From Chiloscyllium plagiosum (lineage: Eukaryota), in NCBI RefSeq assembly GCF_004010195.1, contig NC_057718.1, positions 96,704,230-96,768,229 on the forward strand: 64,000 bases of DNA. Direction: 5' to 3'. The stretch's first letter is position 1. Each line of letters opens with the position of its first letter. The translations under genes were made by a program, and so were the position numbers. Of the stretch, positions 37,301-50,542 are shown one piece after another. The notes under the pieces were generated by a model. It did not search any database. It was given only the letters and a program-made list of their open reading frames with translations, and was not told the DNA's origin.

Positions 37301-37905
37301 GACATTGAATACAGGAGTTGGGAGGTCATGTTGCAGCTGTACAGGACATTGGTAGTCCACTTTGGAATATTGTGTGCAATTTTGGTCTCCCTCCTATTAG
37401 AAGGATGTTGTGAAACTTGAAAGGGTTCAGAAAGGATTTACAAGGATGGTGCAGGATTAGAGGGTTTGAGCTATAGGGAGAGGCTGAACAGGCTGGGGCT
37501 GTTTTCTCTGGAGCACCGGAGGATGAAAGGTGACCTTATAGGGGTTTATAAAATCATGAGGGGCATGGATAGGGTAAATAGACAAGGTCTTTTCTCTGGG
37601 TTGGATGACTCTGGGCAGTGATTCAGGATGAGAGGGAAAAGATTTAAAAGGGACCTAAGGGGCAACATTTTCACACAAAATGTGGTGCGCGTATGGAACG
37701 TACTGCCAGAGGAAGTGGTGGAGGCTGGTACAATGACAACATTTAAAAGGCATCTGGATGGGTATATGAATAGGAAGGCTTTAGAAGGATATGGGCCAAG
37801 TGCAGGAGAATTGGGCTAGATTAATTTAGGATATCTGGTCGGCAAGGACGGATTAGACCGAAGGGTCTGTTTCTGCGCTGTACATCTCTATAACTCTATG
37901 ACTCT
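37301..37905 (+). mobile_element. CR1 LINE 3' part
   Basis: IEYRSWEVMLQLYRTL through 3' UTR. Confidence 0.92.
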
Positions 37906-38249
37906 GTAACAGTGGGAAGAAGCTGTTCATGAATCTTGTGGAGTTTGCATCTTCTCTCAGTTCCTGCTGGGTGCTCTGGGTTTCCTCCCACAGTCCAAAG
38001 ACTTCGAGGCTCGATGGATTGGCCATTGGAAATGCAGGGTTATGGGGTTAGGCTCTGGGTCTGGCCGCATGCTCTTCAGCGAGTCAGTCTTCAGAGACCT
38101 GATGGGCTGAAAGGCCTCTTTACACACTGTCGGGATTCTATGATTCTTAACTGCTTAGGCCAGTGAGCCATGCAAATAACAAAGAGCAATTCAGGTTGTC
38201 ATGCTTTGTTCACAACGAGCAAAGCTCAGAGGGAAACAGTTTCCATTCT

Positions 38250-38560
38250 AAGCTAGGACATCATGGGTTTGAGTTCCACCTTAGTGAGTTGAGCACATGA
38301 ACTCCACTGAAATTGTAAGTGCCGTGCTGAATTCTGAACTCTCAGAGACGCTGTCTTCCAGACCAGGCCTTCATCTGCCACCAAATCGATGTTAAAAATT
38401 TCCCAGAACTCACATAAGGGGATTGGATGTGTCCTGTCCAACATATATCCCTCAGGCTGAAAAACAGATGCTGTTGACTTCATCATTGTGTGCCGCACCT
38501 TGCTGTGTGTATTGTTGGCCGCCAAACACTTTGGGGTATTCTGAGGTCATGAAATACTTT
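38250..38560 (+). mobile_element. DeuSINE-like remnant
   Basis: gtcctgtccaacatatatccctca and ccttgctgtgtgtattgttggc. Confidence 0.5.
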
Positions 38561-39057
38561 TATTTCTTGTCTCTTCCGCTCTCTTCCAGATGATCTTATT
38601 CCACTGAGTTATCTCCACCACCCCGCAACAAGTTATTAATGCATCCCTTGCCCTTAATATCAAACATATGAAAATTCCTGAAAAGAGAGACATGTTGCTT
38701 TCCATCTCGTACCGTCAGGATGATCACTAGAATGCCAAACTCCCAACATTCACATTTGAAATCTGGCATTCTTGTGTTTGTCCGGATATGCATAAGACAA
38801 AAAAAGATTTGGCAACATGCCTCAATAGACCTCTGTGCTCCCAAGTAACTGGTTAAAAATTGGTTTAGTGCATGACGTAGCGTAATGGAGGAACTCAGTA
38901 GTAACTCCATAATTGCTGGAAATTCAATACCAAGCAAGGAAGCTTTCACACTTGCAAGAAATAGTTTGTTGACATAAGTGTTTGTGTTGTTTTTTTGAGT
39001 CAACTGTTAATTGTGAGAACAAAGTACTGATGGCCATCCTATGGTTTGGTTTTTTTT

Positions 39058-39400
39058 ATTCATTCATTCACTAGGATGTGGGCATTGCTGGCTAGTCCAG
39101 CATCCTTTGCCCATTCCTAATTGTCCAGAGGGCAGTTAAGAGTCAACCTCATGGCTGTGGGTCCGGAGTCACATGCAGGCCAGACCAGGTAAGGATGGTA
39201 GTTTCCTTCCCTGAAGGACATTACTGAACCAGAAGGGTCTTTGGATTCATGGTCATCATTAGACTCTTTAATTCCAGATTTCTATTGAATTCAAATGCTA
39301 GCATCTGCCATGGCAGAACTTAAACCTGGCATCCCAGAACATTACTTGGGTCTCTGGATTAACAATCCAGCAATAATACAATCTGGCTGCTGTCTCCTCT
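39058..39400 (-). mobile_element. SINE family B
   Basis: Matches 9165-9694. Confidence 0.88.
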
Positions 39401-40526
39401 ATGGCTGTGTACAGGGCTATTCAGCTAATGACCAAATAGTTCCTGTTCTCAACTTTCATGCCCCTGAGAACACTCACTATTCCTCAAACCTACTGCTTAG
39501 ACGTAAAGCACTTCAGGATGCTCCTGACTGTTAAAAGCTGTTAAATAAACACAGGTCTCCACTTTTTTATTGTCCTTAATCATAGATCTGTAATGAAGCT
39601 CCCCTATTTGATGTGATGAGCATGTACCTTTCAGAGGGCACATATTAAAGTGCCCTGGAGGCTCCCTGCCTCTATTCCTGAAGTCGATTTTCTGCTCCTC
39701 AGATGCTGCCTGAGCTGCTGAGCTTTTCCAGCACCACTCTAATCTAAAAAAAAGCCCTTCACTATTTGCCGCAAGATAATATTGTGGTCCAACATTCCAT
39801 GACTCTGGCAGACAGAACACAGCAAGGTTCATATGGGATTAGTCATGTCTGCATAGCCTCCCAGTTGCCATCATCTGCAATATCGTCTGAAAGAACTCAC
39901 CTCACTGTTTTATCAACATCCGCTGATACCGTATATACTCTGGTAAAAGTCAAAGGTGACCCCATATATTTGGCCAAAGGATCTTGAATTTTCCATTTAT
40001 CTTGTGTAAAAGCCGACCCAAGTTCTGCACAGACAACACATCAACATTTGTGAGTCAAGGTGTTACCCTGTCCATAAATGTAAGGATGAGGAAATGAATT
40101 TTTGTTTCCCTGCTATTCTGTGACAATTCACACCAATTTGGCATGAAAGTTTAAGACGTAATAGGTCAGTCAGGTGACAACCTGCCTTTGCGTGCAGCTC
40201 AGCTGAGCCACGTTCCCCTGTAGCTCTCTAGTGGAGTACAGTCATATTACCCATAATTCATTGTGTTTCTTTTCTTTATTCATTTAGAGATCAATTGGGT
40301 TTCTGCTAATGATACAGTATTTTGGACTGTATATGAATTTCATCTCCTCTAAAGTAGTATCCATGTAATAGTCAACCCCATAAATTTAACCTTAAAAGAA
40401 TCAGTCTAAAAAACTTGACATTTACACAAGTATATTTGGTACAGTTCACGATAAACAGAACAACACACCATTTTCACCATGTTTGGGGAGAGGATCAACT
40501 GAAAACTCAGATTTGCACAAGAAACC

Positions 40527-40815
40527 CAGGTGGTCTGGTAGCTCAGTGGTTAGCACTGCTGCCCCACAGCGCCTGGGACCTGGCTTTGATCCTACCTTTG
40601 GGTGTGAAGTTTGCACATTCTCCCTGTGTCTGTGTGGGTTTCCTCCCACAGTCCAAAGATGTACAGGTTAGGTAGAATGGCCATGCTAAAGTGCCCAGGG
40701 ATGTGCAGGCTAGATGGATTAGTCATGGGGTTATGGGCATGGAGTGGGTTGGAAAGCTTTTAGGAGGGTAGTTGTGGAGTCAAATAGCCTCCTCTTGCAC
40801 TGTAGAAATTCTATA
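40527..40815 (+). mobile_element. HE1-type V-SINE
   Basis: Head and V-domain. Confidence 0.85.
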
Positions 40816-42479
40816 AACTACGTTGCCATTTTGGCCAAAGTCATGTTTGGGATTGCACCAACATTATCAAATGCATGAGGCTGCCTGACGCATTGCTGTA
40901 AACTATTTGAGTGCCCCAAGTAGCATCATTTACCTCCATCAGCCCCAGCACTTGGCTCTTAAAGTACACTCAGGGTCTAATCCTTGCAAAGGTATGGGGT
41001 TAGATGTCCAGAACCTCCAAAATCTAATTGACTCCCAGATTACTGATCAGCTCCCTCGGACTTTGAGGTACCTCTTGTGCAGTATGAAGGTGCAGGCTTG
41101 CTTCAAAGTGAATTGAGCTGTTGCACCAACCATTACAGCGTGAAAGGAGGACCACTCCCTGAGCAGTGGGCACTGGCAGATGGGCCCAGCGGAACCCCAC
41201 CTGCCCGCCTCCCCACGCCATTCCACGTTCCAAACCAGGGAAGGAATGATCCGTCGCTACTGATCGGCGGCTGTCAAGAGTCCATTTGCCCTGTGTGCTG
41301 CCTCTCAGCACATAATGGCTTCATTCAGCAACCTCTGATCGAGCCTGGAAAGTGTTGGTAAAATCCGACAGATTTCAGACAACCTTTCTGCACTTTGCAC
41401 TGACACAGAGCTTTCTTGCTGTCTCTCTCTCTCTCTCTCTCTCCTCCTTGTTTCCACCTTCCATCTTCCCCCTCCCCACCCTGCCACAAACCCTTTATGT
41501 TTGCATTACAGATTTTGCCAGGGACAACATAAATATTCATCAGCTGATATTTGCAGTAGCCACAAAGCTATAAATGGGCTAGATTACCTTCCTGTATACA
41601 CCGTTACATCTACAACAAGACAGCTTCTGGTCTTTGCTTTCAGCCAAATGACATTTTCCAAAACCTCCAAAGTACTCTCCAGGGTTTTTAAAATCAGCCA
41701 AGCTTTAATGTGCTAAGCAGAAATACTGTCTGCCTTTTATTTGTCTAGGGATTACAGGAAAATATATATTACTTCTCAAGTCTTTAAACTTATTCATGCC
41801 TTAACATAATAGGCCGAAGTGTTGGCAGGTCTGCTCCCTGCATCTCAGCACACTGCTTTTCTCATGCTCGTTACAACATTTTCTCCTTTGAAATAAAAAT
41901 CAGCAAGATGTAAACCGCTGAGCCAAAAATAAAAACGCAAAGATATTTCAACCGTCTTGTTGCAGTCCACAGAAATGATTTTGTTTTAAAAAAAACAAAA
42001 CACTCAACAGGATGCTTTTTCAAAAACACACAGCACTTGGCCTTTTAGCGTTCACTATTCACTAGATTGGCAGTGAAGCATTTTGGGCCATCCTGAGATT
42101 TTGCAAGGCGCTACATAAATGCAAGTCTTCTCTACTCCCAACTTTGGATCTGCCCACATCAGCAAAATCTAAAGAATCCAAGGTGTACCTTCCATAACTC
42201 ATATACTGTTGTCAGCAGCAGGGTTCTGTAGAATTATTGAAATGCATGCATATGAATGCATGTTTTCCCTTTGCTAAATATTATTGTAATCGAATTGCAG
42301 TTTACCATGCAAATACTCCACCTGTTTTGTGAATTTATCGTAATGATATGAAATTTCTAAATGATCCAAATTAATGAGTTTGAGAAGCATTTGATGATGA
42401 ACCCAGACTTCCAAGTCTCTCACTAACTTGACATTTCTGGTCCTATGTCTTTAACTTTGGCAGTCTAGCTCAAGTATGG

Positions 42480-43125
42480 TATTTGGTATGCTTATCTGTA
42501 GTGGTCAGTGCATTGAGTATAGGAGTTGGGAGGTCATGTTGTGGCTGTACAGGACATTGATTAGGCCACTTTTGGAATACTACTTTGATTCAGGTCTCCC
42601 AGCTGTAGGAAAGATATTGTGAAACTCAAAAGGGTTCAGAAAAGATTTACAAGGATGTTGCCAGGGTTGGAGGGTTTGAGCTATAAGGAAGAGGCTGAAC
42701 AGGCTGAGTCTGTTTTCTCTGGAGCGTTGGAGGCTGAGGGTGACCTCATAGAGGTTTATAAAATCAGGAGGGGCATGGATAGGGTGAATAGTTGAGGGAT
42801 TTTTCTCCCCGGGTAGAGGAGTCAAAAACTAGAGGGTATAGGTTTAAGGTGAGAGGGGAAAGATATAAAAGAGACCTAAGGGGCAACTTTTTCACACAGA
42901 GGGTGGTGTGTGTATGGAATGAGCTGCTTGAGGAAGTGGTGGAGGCTGGTAGAATTACAGCATTTAAAAGGCATTTGGATGGGTATATGCATAGGAAGGG
43001 TTTAGAGGAATATGGGCCAAGTGCTGGCAAATGGGATGAGATTAATTTAAGAATCAGGAGGGCATGGATGAGTTGGACTGAAGGGTCTGTTTCCATACTG
43101 TATATCTCTCTGACTCAATGGCTCT
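42480..43125 (+). mobile_element. CR1 LINE 3' fragment
   Basis: TRGYRFKVRGERYKRDLRGNFFTQRVVCVWNELLEEVVEAG and UTR. Confidence 0.92.
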
Positions 43126-43170
43126 AAGCAGTCATTTCTAGTGCAGGGTATGATAAACTTTGTCAACTAT

Positions 43171-43480
43171 GGGCGGCACAGTGGTTAGCACTGCTGCCTC
43201 ACAGCGCCAGAGACCCAGGTTCAATTCCCGCTTCAGTCGACTGACTGTGTGGAGTTTGCACATTCTCCCCGCATCTGCGTGGGTTTCCTCTGGGTGCTCT
43301 GGTTTCCTCCCACAATCCAAAAATGTGCAGATCAGGTGAATTGGCCATGCTAAATTGCCCGTCGTGTTAGGTGCAGGGGCAAACATAGGGGAATGGGTCT
43401 GGGTGGGTGCGCTTCGGCGGGTCGGTGTGGACTTGTTGGGCCGAAGGGCCTGTTTCCACACTGTAAGTAATCTAATCTAA
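43171..43480 (+). mobile_element. HE1-type V-SINE
   Basis: Head, V-domain and (ATCTA)n tail. Confidence 0.92.
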
Positions 43481-44139
43481 AAAAAACTGTTGTAGGGGAA
43501 GGCTTTACTGAGATCGTACTGAAGTAAGCTGTTGGGGTAGAGAAAAGACATAACTGATAGTTCTCTATACCCTGACCTGGGAATGCACACTTTGTGCTGG
43601 TCATCAGGTGCCCAAGTTAACTCACTCCCCTGTACTAACATCAGCAAATCTTGGTGAGCAATAAATTGATGGAGTCCTTAATATCATGGAATTGACTATT
43701 CAGTCAATGGGGAATTGATTCAGTGAATGAAATGCTCATTAAGTACAGTTGTGAATGTAGTTGAATGTATTACTGGGCTGTATCATGAGCGAAATATTGG
43801 CTCCAATCATTCTTTCTTCATTTTAAATCATGCCGACATTGTTTTTTACATTCAATAAAAGAATTCTGAGTAGACTGTTTACAAGATAGAACTTTAACGA
43901 TGTAATTCTCTGTGTAATTATTAGGTACAGTGTAAGCACTTGGTCATGGCAAGGATAGATAAACATGACTCTTATAAATATCGCATCGGTATTTATGTAT
44001 CTAGGCCATATGTCCTAATAACTGCTTGATTATATCTTCCAGCGGATCCCTTTAGGCAGCTCGCAAAAGGCAGACTCACCTGCTTTTCCAGCACCACTCT
44101 AATCTAGACTCCCTAAATAGCCAAGCTTGAAGAACTCAG

Positions 44140-44500
44140 TGCCCTGAGGGAAGGAATTCCAGGATTTTGACCCAGTGACAGTGAAAGAACGGCGATACAT
44201 TTCCAAGTCAGGACAGTGAGTGACTTGGAGGGGAACTTGAAGTGGATGGTGTTCCCATGTAACTGCTGCCCTTGTCCTTCTAGATGGAAGTAGTCATTGG
44301 TTTGGAAGGTACTGCCTGAGGATCTTTGGTGAATTTCTACAGTGGATCTTGTAGGTGGTAAACACTGCTGCTACTGAGCATTGGTGGTGGAGGGACTAGA
44401 TGCATACGGATGTGGTCCCAATGCTTTTTCCTGGATAGTGTCAAGCTTCTTGAGAGTTGTTGGGGCTGCACCCATCCAGCCAAGTGGGGAGTATTCCATC
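44140..44500 (-). mobile_element. LINE family B fragment
   Basis: Diverged reverse complement of 44790-45150. Confidence 0.85.
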
Positions 44501-44574
44501 GCATTTCAGTTAGATGTGATTCCATGATTGGACAGTTCTTGCTAAACAATCCCAATTGTTCTAGGTATTGCGTT

Positions 44575-45300
44575 ACCAATCTAACTACTGCCCCTTGGCA
44601 TTCAATGATGTTACCATCACTGAAATTCCCACTATCAACATCCTCGGGCTATTATTGACCAGAAACTTAACTAGACTCATTACATAAACACAGCGCCTAC
44701 AAAAGCAGGTCAGAAGCTAGGAATACTGCAGCAAGTAACTCACTCCCTGACTCCTCGAAGCCTGTCCACCAAGGCACAAGTCAGGAGTGTGATGGAATAT
44801 TCTCCACTTGCCTGGATGGGTGCAGCCAAAACAACACTCAAGAAGCTTGACACCATCCAGGACAAAGCAGCCCGCTCGATTGGCACCACATCCACAAGTA
44901 TCCACTCCCTCCACCACTGATGCTTAGTAGCAGCAGTGTGTACCACCTACAAGATGCACTGTAGAAATTCACCAAAGATCCTCAGACACCACTTTCCAAA
45001 CCCATGACCACTTCCATCAAGAAGGACAAGGGCAGAAGGTACATGGGAACACCACCACCTTCAGGTTCCCTCCAAGCCCCTCACCATCCTGACTTGGAAA
45101 TATATTGCTGTTCCTTCACTGCCGCTGGGTCAAGATCCTGGAATTCCCTCCCTAAGGGCATTGTGGGTCAACCCACAGCAGGAGGACTGCAGCGATTCAA
45201 GAAGGCAGCTCACCCCCACCTTCTCAAGGGGCAACTAGGGACGGGCAATAAATGCTGGGCCCAGCCAGTAACACCCACATCCCACAAAATGAATAATTTT
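44575..45300 (+). mobile_element. LINE family B (CR1/L2 group) ORF2 C-terminus and 3' tail
   Basis: KAGQKLGILQQVTHSLTPRSLSTKAQVRSVMEYSPLAWMGAAKTTLKKLDTIQDKAARSIG; tail gggcaataaatgctgggcccagccag...atgaataa. Confidence 0.88.
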
Positions 45301-45679
45301 TAAAAAAAGGTAAGGTGGTGAAGAGTGCATATAGAATGTTTCTTTTATTGAATGGAAAAGCAGGGACGTAATGCTGGACCTGTAGAAGATTTGGTTTGGA
45401 AATAGCTGGACTTTTGCAGAGAGTTCAGATCACCAGAACACGGAAGGACATAATTGCTTTAGAGAAGACACAGAGGAAAATTACAAGAATGTTGCCAGGG
45501 TTTGAAAAATTACAACTTAGTAAGATTAAATTTTGATACCTCAGTTCTTAAAGGAATAAGAAGGACATAGCATCTGTTAGAATGTTCCAAAATGCTTCAC
45601 CACTACTTGTCATGGTTGCATTTGGCAGCAAATTTGCAATATTCCACAAATTCCAATAACAAAGGTAACATAAAGCATA

Positions 45680-46490
45680 GAATATCGAACGTTACAGCGC
45701 AGTTCAGGCCCTTCAGCCCTCGATGTTGTGCCGACCTGTGGAACCAATCTGAAGCCAATCTCACCTACACCATTCCATTTTCATCCATATGTCTATCCAA
45801 TGACCATTTAAATGCCCTTAAAGTTGGTGAGTCTACTATTGTTGCTGGCAGGACATTCCATGCCCTTACTACTCTCTGAGTAAAGAACCTACCTCTGACA
45901 TTAGATTAGATTAGATTAGATTACATTACAGCGTGGAAACAGGCTCTTCGGCCCAACAAGTCCACACCGACCCGCTGAAGCACAACCCACCCATGCCCCT
46001 ACATTTACCCCTTACCTAACCCTATGGGCAATTTAGCATGGCCAATTCACCTGACCTGTACATCTTTGGACTGTGGGAGGAAACCGGAGCACCCGGAGGA
46101 AACCCACGCAGACACAGGGAGAATGTGCAAACTCCACACAGTCAGTCACCTGAGGCGGGAATTGAACCCAGGTCTCAGACGCTGTGAGGCAGCAGTGCTA
46201 ACCACTGTGCCACCATGCCGCTCACATGTGTCCTATATTTATCACTCCTCAAGTTAAAGCTATGTGTCCTCATGCTAGCCATCATCATCTGAGGAAAAAG
46301 GCTCTCACTATCTACCCTATCTAACCCTCTGCTCATCTTGTGTGTCTCAATTAAGTCACCTCTCAGACTTCTTCTCTCTAACAGCCTCAAGTCCCTCAGC
46401 CTTTCCTCATCAGACCTTCCCTCCATACCAGGCAGCATCTTGGTATATCTCTACTGCACCCTTTCCAACGCTTCCACATCCTTCCTGTAA
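45680..46490 (-). mobile_element. CR1 fragment interrupted by HE1
   Basis: Minus frame EERLRDLRLLERRSLRGDLIETHKMSRGLDRV; halves collinear around the SINE. Confidence 0.85.
45901..46221 (-). mobile_element. HE1-type V-SINE
   Basis: (TTAGA)n tail, V-domain, head. Confidence 0.92.
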
Positions 46491-47192
46491 CCAGATAATG
46501 AGCTTGGTGCCGATGGTTAGAATAGCTATTGGCCAGGACAGAGCAGCAGGATGTGTCTTCCTATTGCTCTACAATTAATATCAAATGGTGATTGGGTTCA
46601 GTTAGTTATTTAATCCAAAAGGCCTCGATTCTGACTCTCTCAGCAAGCCATGGGGATTTTCAGCTTGGCTTATAAATGGCGTGGGTGGGATATTTCAAGA
46701 CTAAGGGGCATATTTTTAAGGTGAGAGAAGAAAAATTTGTATTGTCTCATTTTCAAACGAGCGTAGATCACAAGCAGGTTGGTCCAACCCATTCTAAAGG
46801 ATGTGATGACGTGATCGATGCTGCTGCAGTGTCGGTGCTGGAAGGTGATCCTCACATTTCAATCCTTATCCTGTTAACTTTTAAAATGCAAAACTACAGA
46901 ACATTGCACAACTGCATTTTTGTTTTCTATTCTGTAACATTTGGAAGCATTTAGGGCAGGTGTGTTTGCCTTCACAGCAAATGGATTGGAACACAGGAAC
47001 AAGGATGTCTTTCTGCAATTGGATGTTACACTCCTTTCTGCAGACTAAAATGGGCATCACCATTGATGTTATGTCCCACAATCAGTGTGTCAGTATACTG
47101 TTGAGAATGACATTATCACCACATGATCACATATGAACTGAGCATACAAACAAAATCACAGACTCAGGCCACAATGTGCTACCTCTTGTATG

Positions 47193-47445
47193 ATAGAATC
47201 CCTACAGCATGGAAACAAGCCATTCAACCCATCAAGCTCACACTGACCCTGCAAAGTGCATCCCACCCCATTCCTGCAGTTCCCATGGCTAATCCACCCA
47301 ACCTACACATCTTTCGACTGGGAGGAAACCCATGCCAACGCAGGAAGAATGTGCAAACTCCACACAGATGGTCGCCCAAGGCTGTAACTGACCCCAGGTC
47401 CCTGGCACTGTGAGGTAGCAGTGCTAACCACTGAGCCACCATGCT
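47193..47445 (-). mobile_element. HE1-type V-SINE, internally deleted
   Basis: Head and tail. Confidence 0.85.
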
Positions 47446-47879
47446 GTCAGGAACTGAGTGGCTTAGGATTAGCCCAAGGACTGAAGTGGCTGTGACTGTA
47501 ATGAATGTATACATGAGGAATTGTATTAATTATATTGACTCTTCCATTACCCTTTCACCAAGATCTTGTTCTACACTAAAAGAGCTATCATTGGTGTTTC
47601 TCCATCAGACACAAAAACACTGCTTGTGGCAAGATCCACGATATGGTGATAGATCAACCACAATCACCAATTTAGTATGCCAGAGGACAAGCCTGATTTC
47701 TATGTGAGGTCAAATTCTGACTGAAACAGAAATTGTTGGAGAAACTCAGCAGGTCTGGCAGCATGTTAGGCGCGAGAAAGCAGAGCTAACGTTGTTGGAG
47801 AGCAGAGTGGAAATTCGTTGAGGTGGGCACTCTTGGAGGAGATGTGGCACTGAGTTAAACATGAAGCAAAAAAAAAACA

Positions 47880-48035
47880 AAGACATGCAGGCACCGGGAA
47901 ATCAGAAACAAAAACAGAAACTGTAAAACAGAAGGAGGGTCACTGGACCCAAAACGTTAACCCTGCTTTCTCTCTCCTCAGAGGCTGCCAATCTTGCTGA
48001 GTTTATCCAGCGATTTCTGGTTTTGGTTCTGAATT
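47880..48035. mobile_element. Family-3 PLE terminus remnant
   Basis: gggtcactggacccaaaacgttaac partial hammerhead core. Confidence 0.65.
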
Positions 48036-48378
48036 CCAGATGCACTGCAGAAATTCACCAAAGATCCTTAGACAACACCTTCCAAGCCTACAACCACCTC
48101 CATCTCGAAGGACAAGGGCAGCAGGTACTTGGGAACACCACCACCTGCAAGAACCCCCTCCAAGCCACTCAGCAACCTGACTTGAAAATATAGTGTTGCT
48201 CCTTCACAGTCATTGGGTCAAAATCCTGGAAATCCCTCCCTACCGGCATTGTGGGTCAACCCACAGTAAGTGGTCTGCAGTAATTCAAGAAGGCAGCTCA
48301 CCCTCACCTTCTCAAGGGCAAATAGCGATGGGCTATCAATGCTGGCCCAGCCCAAGTCCCACAAATGAGTAAAAAAAA
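48036..48378 (+). mobile_element. LINE family B 3' end
   Basis: Matches 44950-45300. Confidence 0.85.
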
Positions 48379-49309
48379 TCCGCAAATTCTTTAGGTCTCA
48401 GAGTGTTGCTGAGCTGATCGGGTCCTTTTATTGAGATGGCTCTTCCAACAGCCTGAAGTGATCGGGCTCAGTCCCAGTCTCTTACATTCACTTTCATTGA
48501 GTGTCATGTAGGACAGAGAAAACTGTACACCAAGTGCTAGCTTTTAATAAGTGTAACAGCCTTCTCCCACTAGGATCTTCATATTGTCTCAGGAGCTTGT
48601 TTCTCCCCAACAATAGCAACATGATCCTAGCGCATGACACTCCAGACGCATTGTCTTCCCCATCTGTCTCCCACCTTCACTGGCACTTGGCTATGGCAAG
48701 GAGTACCAGGAGCCAGCCAATGCCACCTGAATAATCTCAGAGTAGAAATCCCAGTACTAGGAAGTTTGAGTTGGAGATGTGGACTTCAAATACTCTGTTC
48801 CTGATGAGAACCAGGGGACAGGAGAGAGATGTGTATCATGAAAGTCTTTCCAGTGTGCCTTCGGGAAGGAAGATTGGCATTTCTGTAGCACCCTTCACCA
48901 CAATAGACAGCCAGACAGCAGTTTTACTGACAATGGCGTGCAATGTAGTAAAGGACAGCATAGCAAGATCCCACAAGTACTGTGGTGAGAATGGCCAGAT
49001 GCTCTGGGCTGAATCATATGTTTCCTTTTTTCTACCAAGTGTCAGTTTTGTCGAGGTTTATGGAGGATTTTTGCTCCCTGGGTCCTCGCGGCCATCTGGC
49101 CTCGCTAACTATCGACCCTCCTCCTACAGCGCCCCCTCTTGTCCGACTACAGCCCTAATTTTGTCACTCTCCGCACCCAGAAACACTCACCCGTCGGCGA
49201 CGTTCCAGAACGGACCAGCGTCCCCAGCATCAGCGCTAGCTTTAAAATCTCAATCAGGCAGTCAATCCAGGACTGCCCAGCATTGCTCTTGCCATTTGCC
49301 CTGGGGGCA

Positions 49310-50081
49310 AGAGAGAAGGGAAAATCAGTGCCTTGTATTTGTGGGCAGGGAGCTGGGGATCCTACTGGATGAGCCAGGGTGGAGATGGAACATCCTCTTT
49401 CTCAGGACCAACAGAGGATGCCACAACCCCAGGCCATATCCACCAGGTCTGAGGCTTCCATCTGAGGCAGTGCACTCATAGGAGTAGGAAGAAGGTCACT
49501 CTACCAGGCCACATGCCACCATTTTCTCTCCAATGCCCCACCCTCACTCTCTCTCTGATACTGTACCCTTCATCCACCCAGGCTCATGTTCTACCACTCT
49601 CATTATTGCCTGCAACATTTTTCATCACTGACCCCTCACGCATCACAAACCCCAACAGTACTGATCCTCTGCGCTCAAGATTAGAGTGTTGCTGGAAAAG
49701 CACAGCAGGTCAATCAGCATCCAAGGAGCAGGAAAATCGATATTTCAGGATTGAAGGGCTCCTGCCCGAAATGTTGATTCTCCTACTCCTCGGATGCTGC
49801 CTGACCTGCTGTGCTTTGCCAGCACCACTCTAATCTTGACTCTAATTTCCAGCATCTGCAGTCCTCACTTTCGCCTGATCCTCTGCGCTGTCCACTCACT
49901 CACTAGTGACAGCCCCCGACCCACCAAAAACAGCTGTGGCATCCACTTCCATCTCACTTTATACCTGCTTTTCCCTCAGTACCAACAGGCCTACAATAGG
50001 GCAGACAGAGTCAAGATGGGAGGTGGGCTGCCTGACATTGGGCACCTCACACCCCTCCCATCCTGTCTCGGAATACCCTGA
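49310..50081 (+). pseudogene. Decayed Myb/SANT-like (NAIF1/MSANTD-type, PIF/Harbinger-associated) two-exon gene remnant
   Basis: FVGRELGILLDEPGWRWNILF resembles the Myb/SANT-like first helix; after acceptor ttttccctcag (49979) the frame reads YQQAYNRADRVKMGGGLPDIGHLTP, resembling the TGGG motif; frameshifted. Confidence 0.55.
49676..49874. mobile_element. Fold-back PLE-terminus element, family 1
   Basis: caagattagagtg...cactctaatcttg arms; perfect 15-bp TSD ctgatcctctgcgct at 49661-49675 and 49875-49889. Confidence 0.92.
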
Positions 50082-50542
50082 CTGACTGTGTCCAAGCCCC
50101 TGGCCTGGGATCAGAGACCGCCCTTTGGCATGGCCAGACAACGGAGCGTGGTATCTCTGGCTGAGGCGAAACATTACAAAAGGGCAAGATAAAACAGGGA
50201 TGTTGAGAGCTCAAGGTGAATGAATTCTCTGAGAGTGAGTGAAGACCCAGAGATAGATTCTGATCTACCCACCATGAGCTGGGTGTGTGTCCCTGCGGGC
50301 ACTGTGTTCTTGCTGCAACATGATAATGATAGATGCCAGTGCAGTCCAAGGTGCAGTATTGAAATGTAGAAGTATTCTGTAAGAAAGCCTAGCCGGTGCA
50401 GGGAGGAGCGAGCCCTCTTGGAAAGGGCCCAGCTTGGAGCGACTGTGGGCCCACGGATTAAGAAAGTTCTGTAACGCTTGATGTATTAACTTTATTTCTT
50501 TAACTTCTATTTCTAAGAAGACTGAAATTTTTTAAAAAGAAT

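Larger units (their letters stand above)
32260..38147 (+). mobile_element. HE1 SINE split into head (32260-32330) and body/tail (37936-38147) around a nested insertion cluster
   Basis: Head ends gccttgggtaactgctgag; body resumes tgtggagtttgcat. Confidence 0.6.

Noticed and set aside
38596..39940. Minus-strand exon candidates (about 38713-38848 and a 39-nt segment near 39901-39939)
   Set aside because: Plausible AG/GT boundaries but no recognisable protein in any frame; not distinguishable from chance.
48771..49481. 236-aa ORF as a host gene
   Set aside because: Non-ATG start and runs across probable SINE remnants; only the last part resembles a protein family, and that part is frameshifted.
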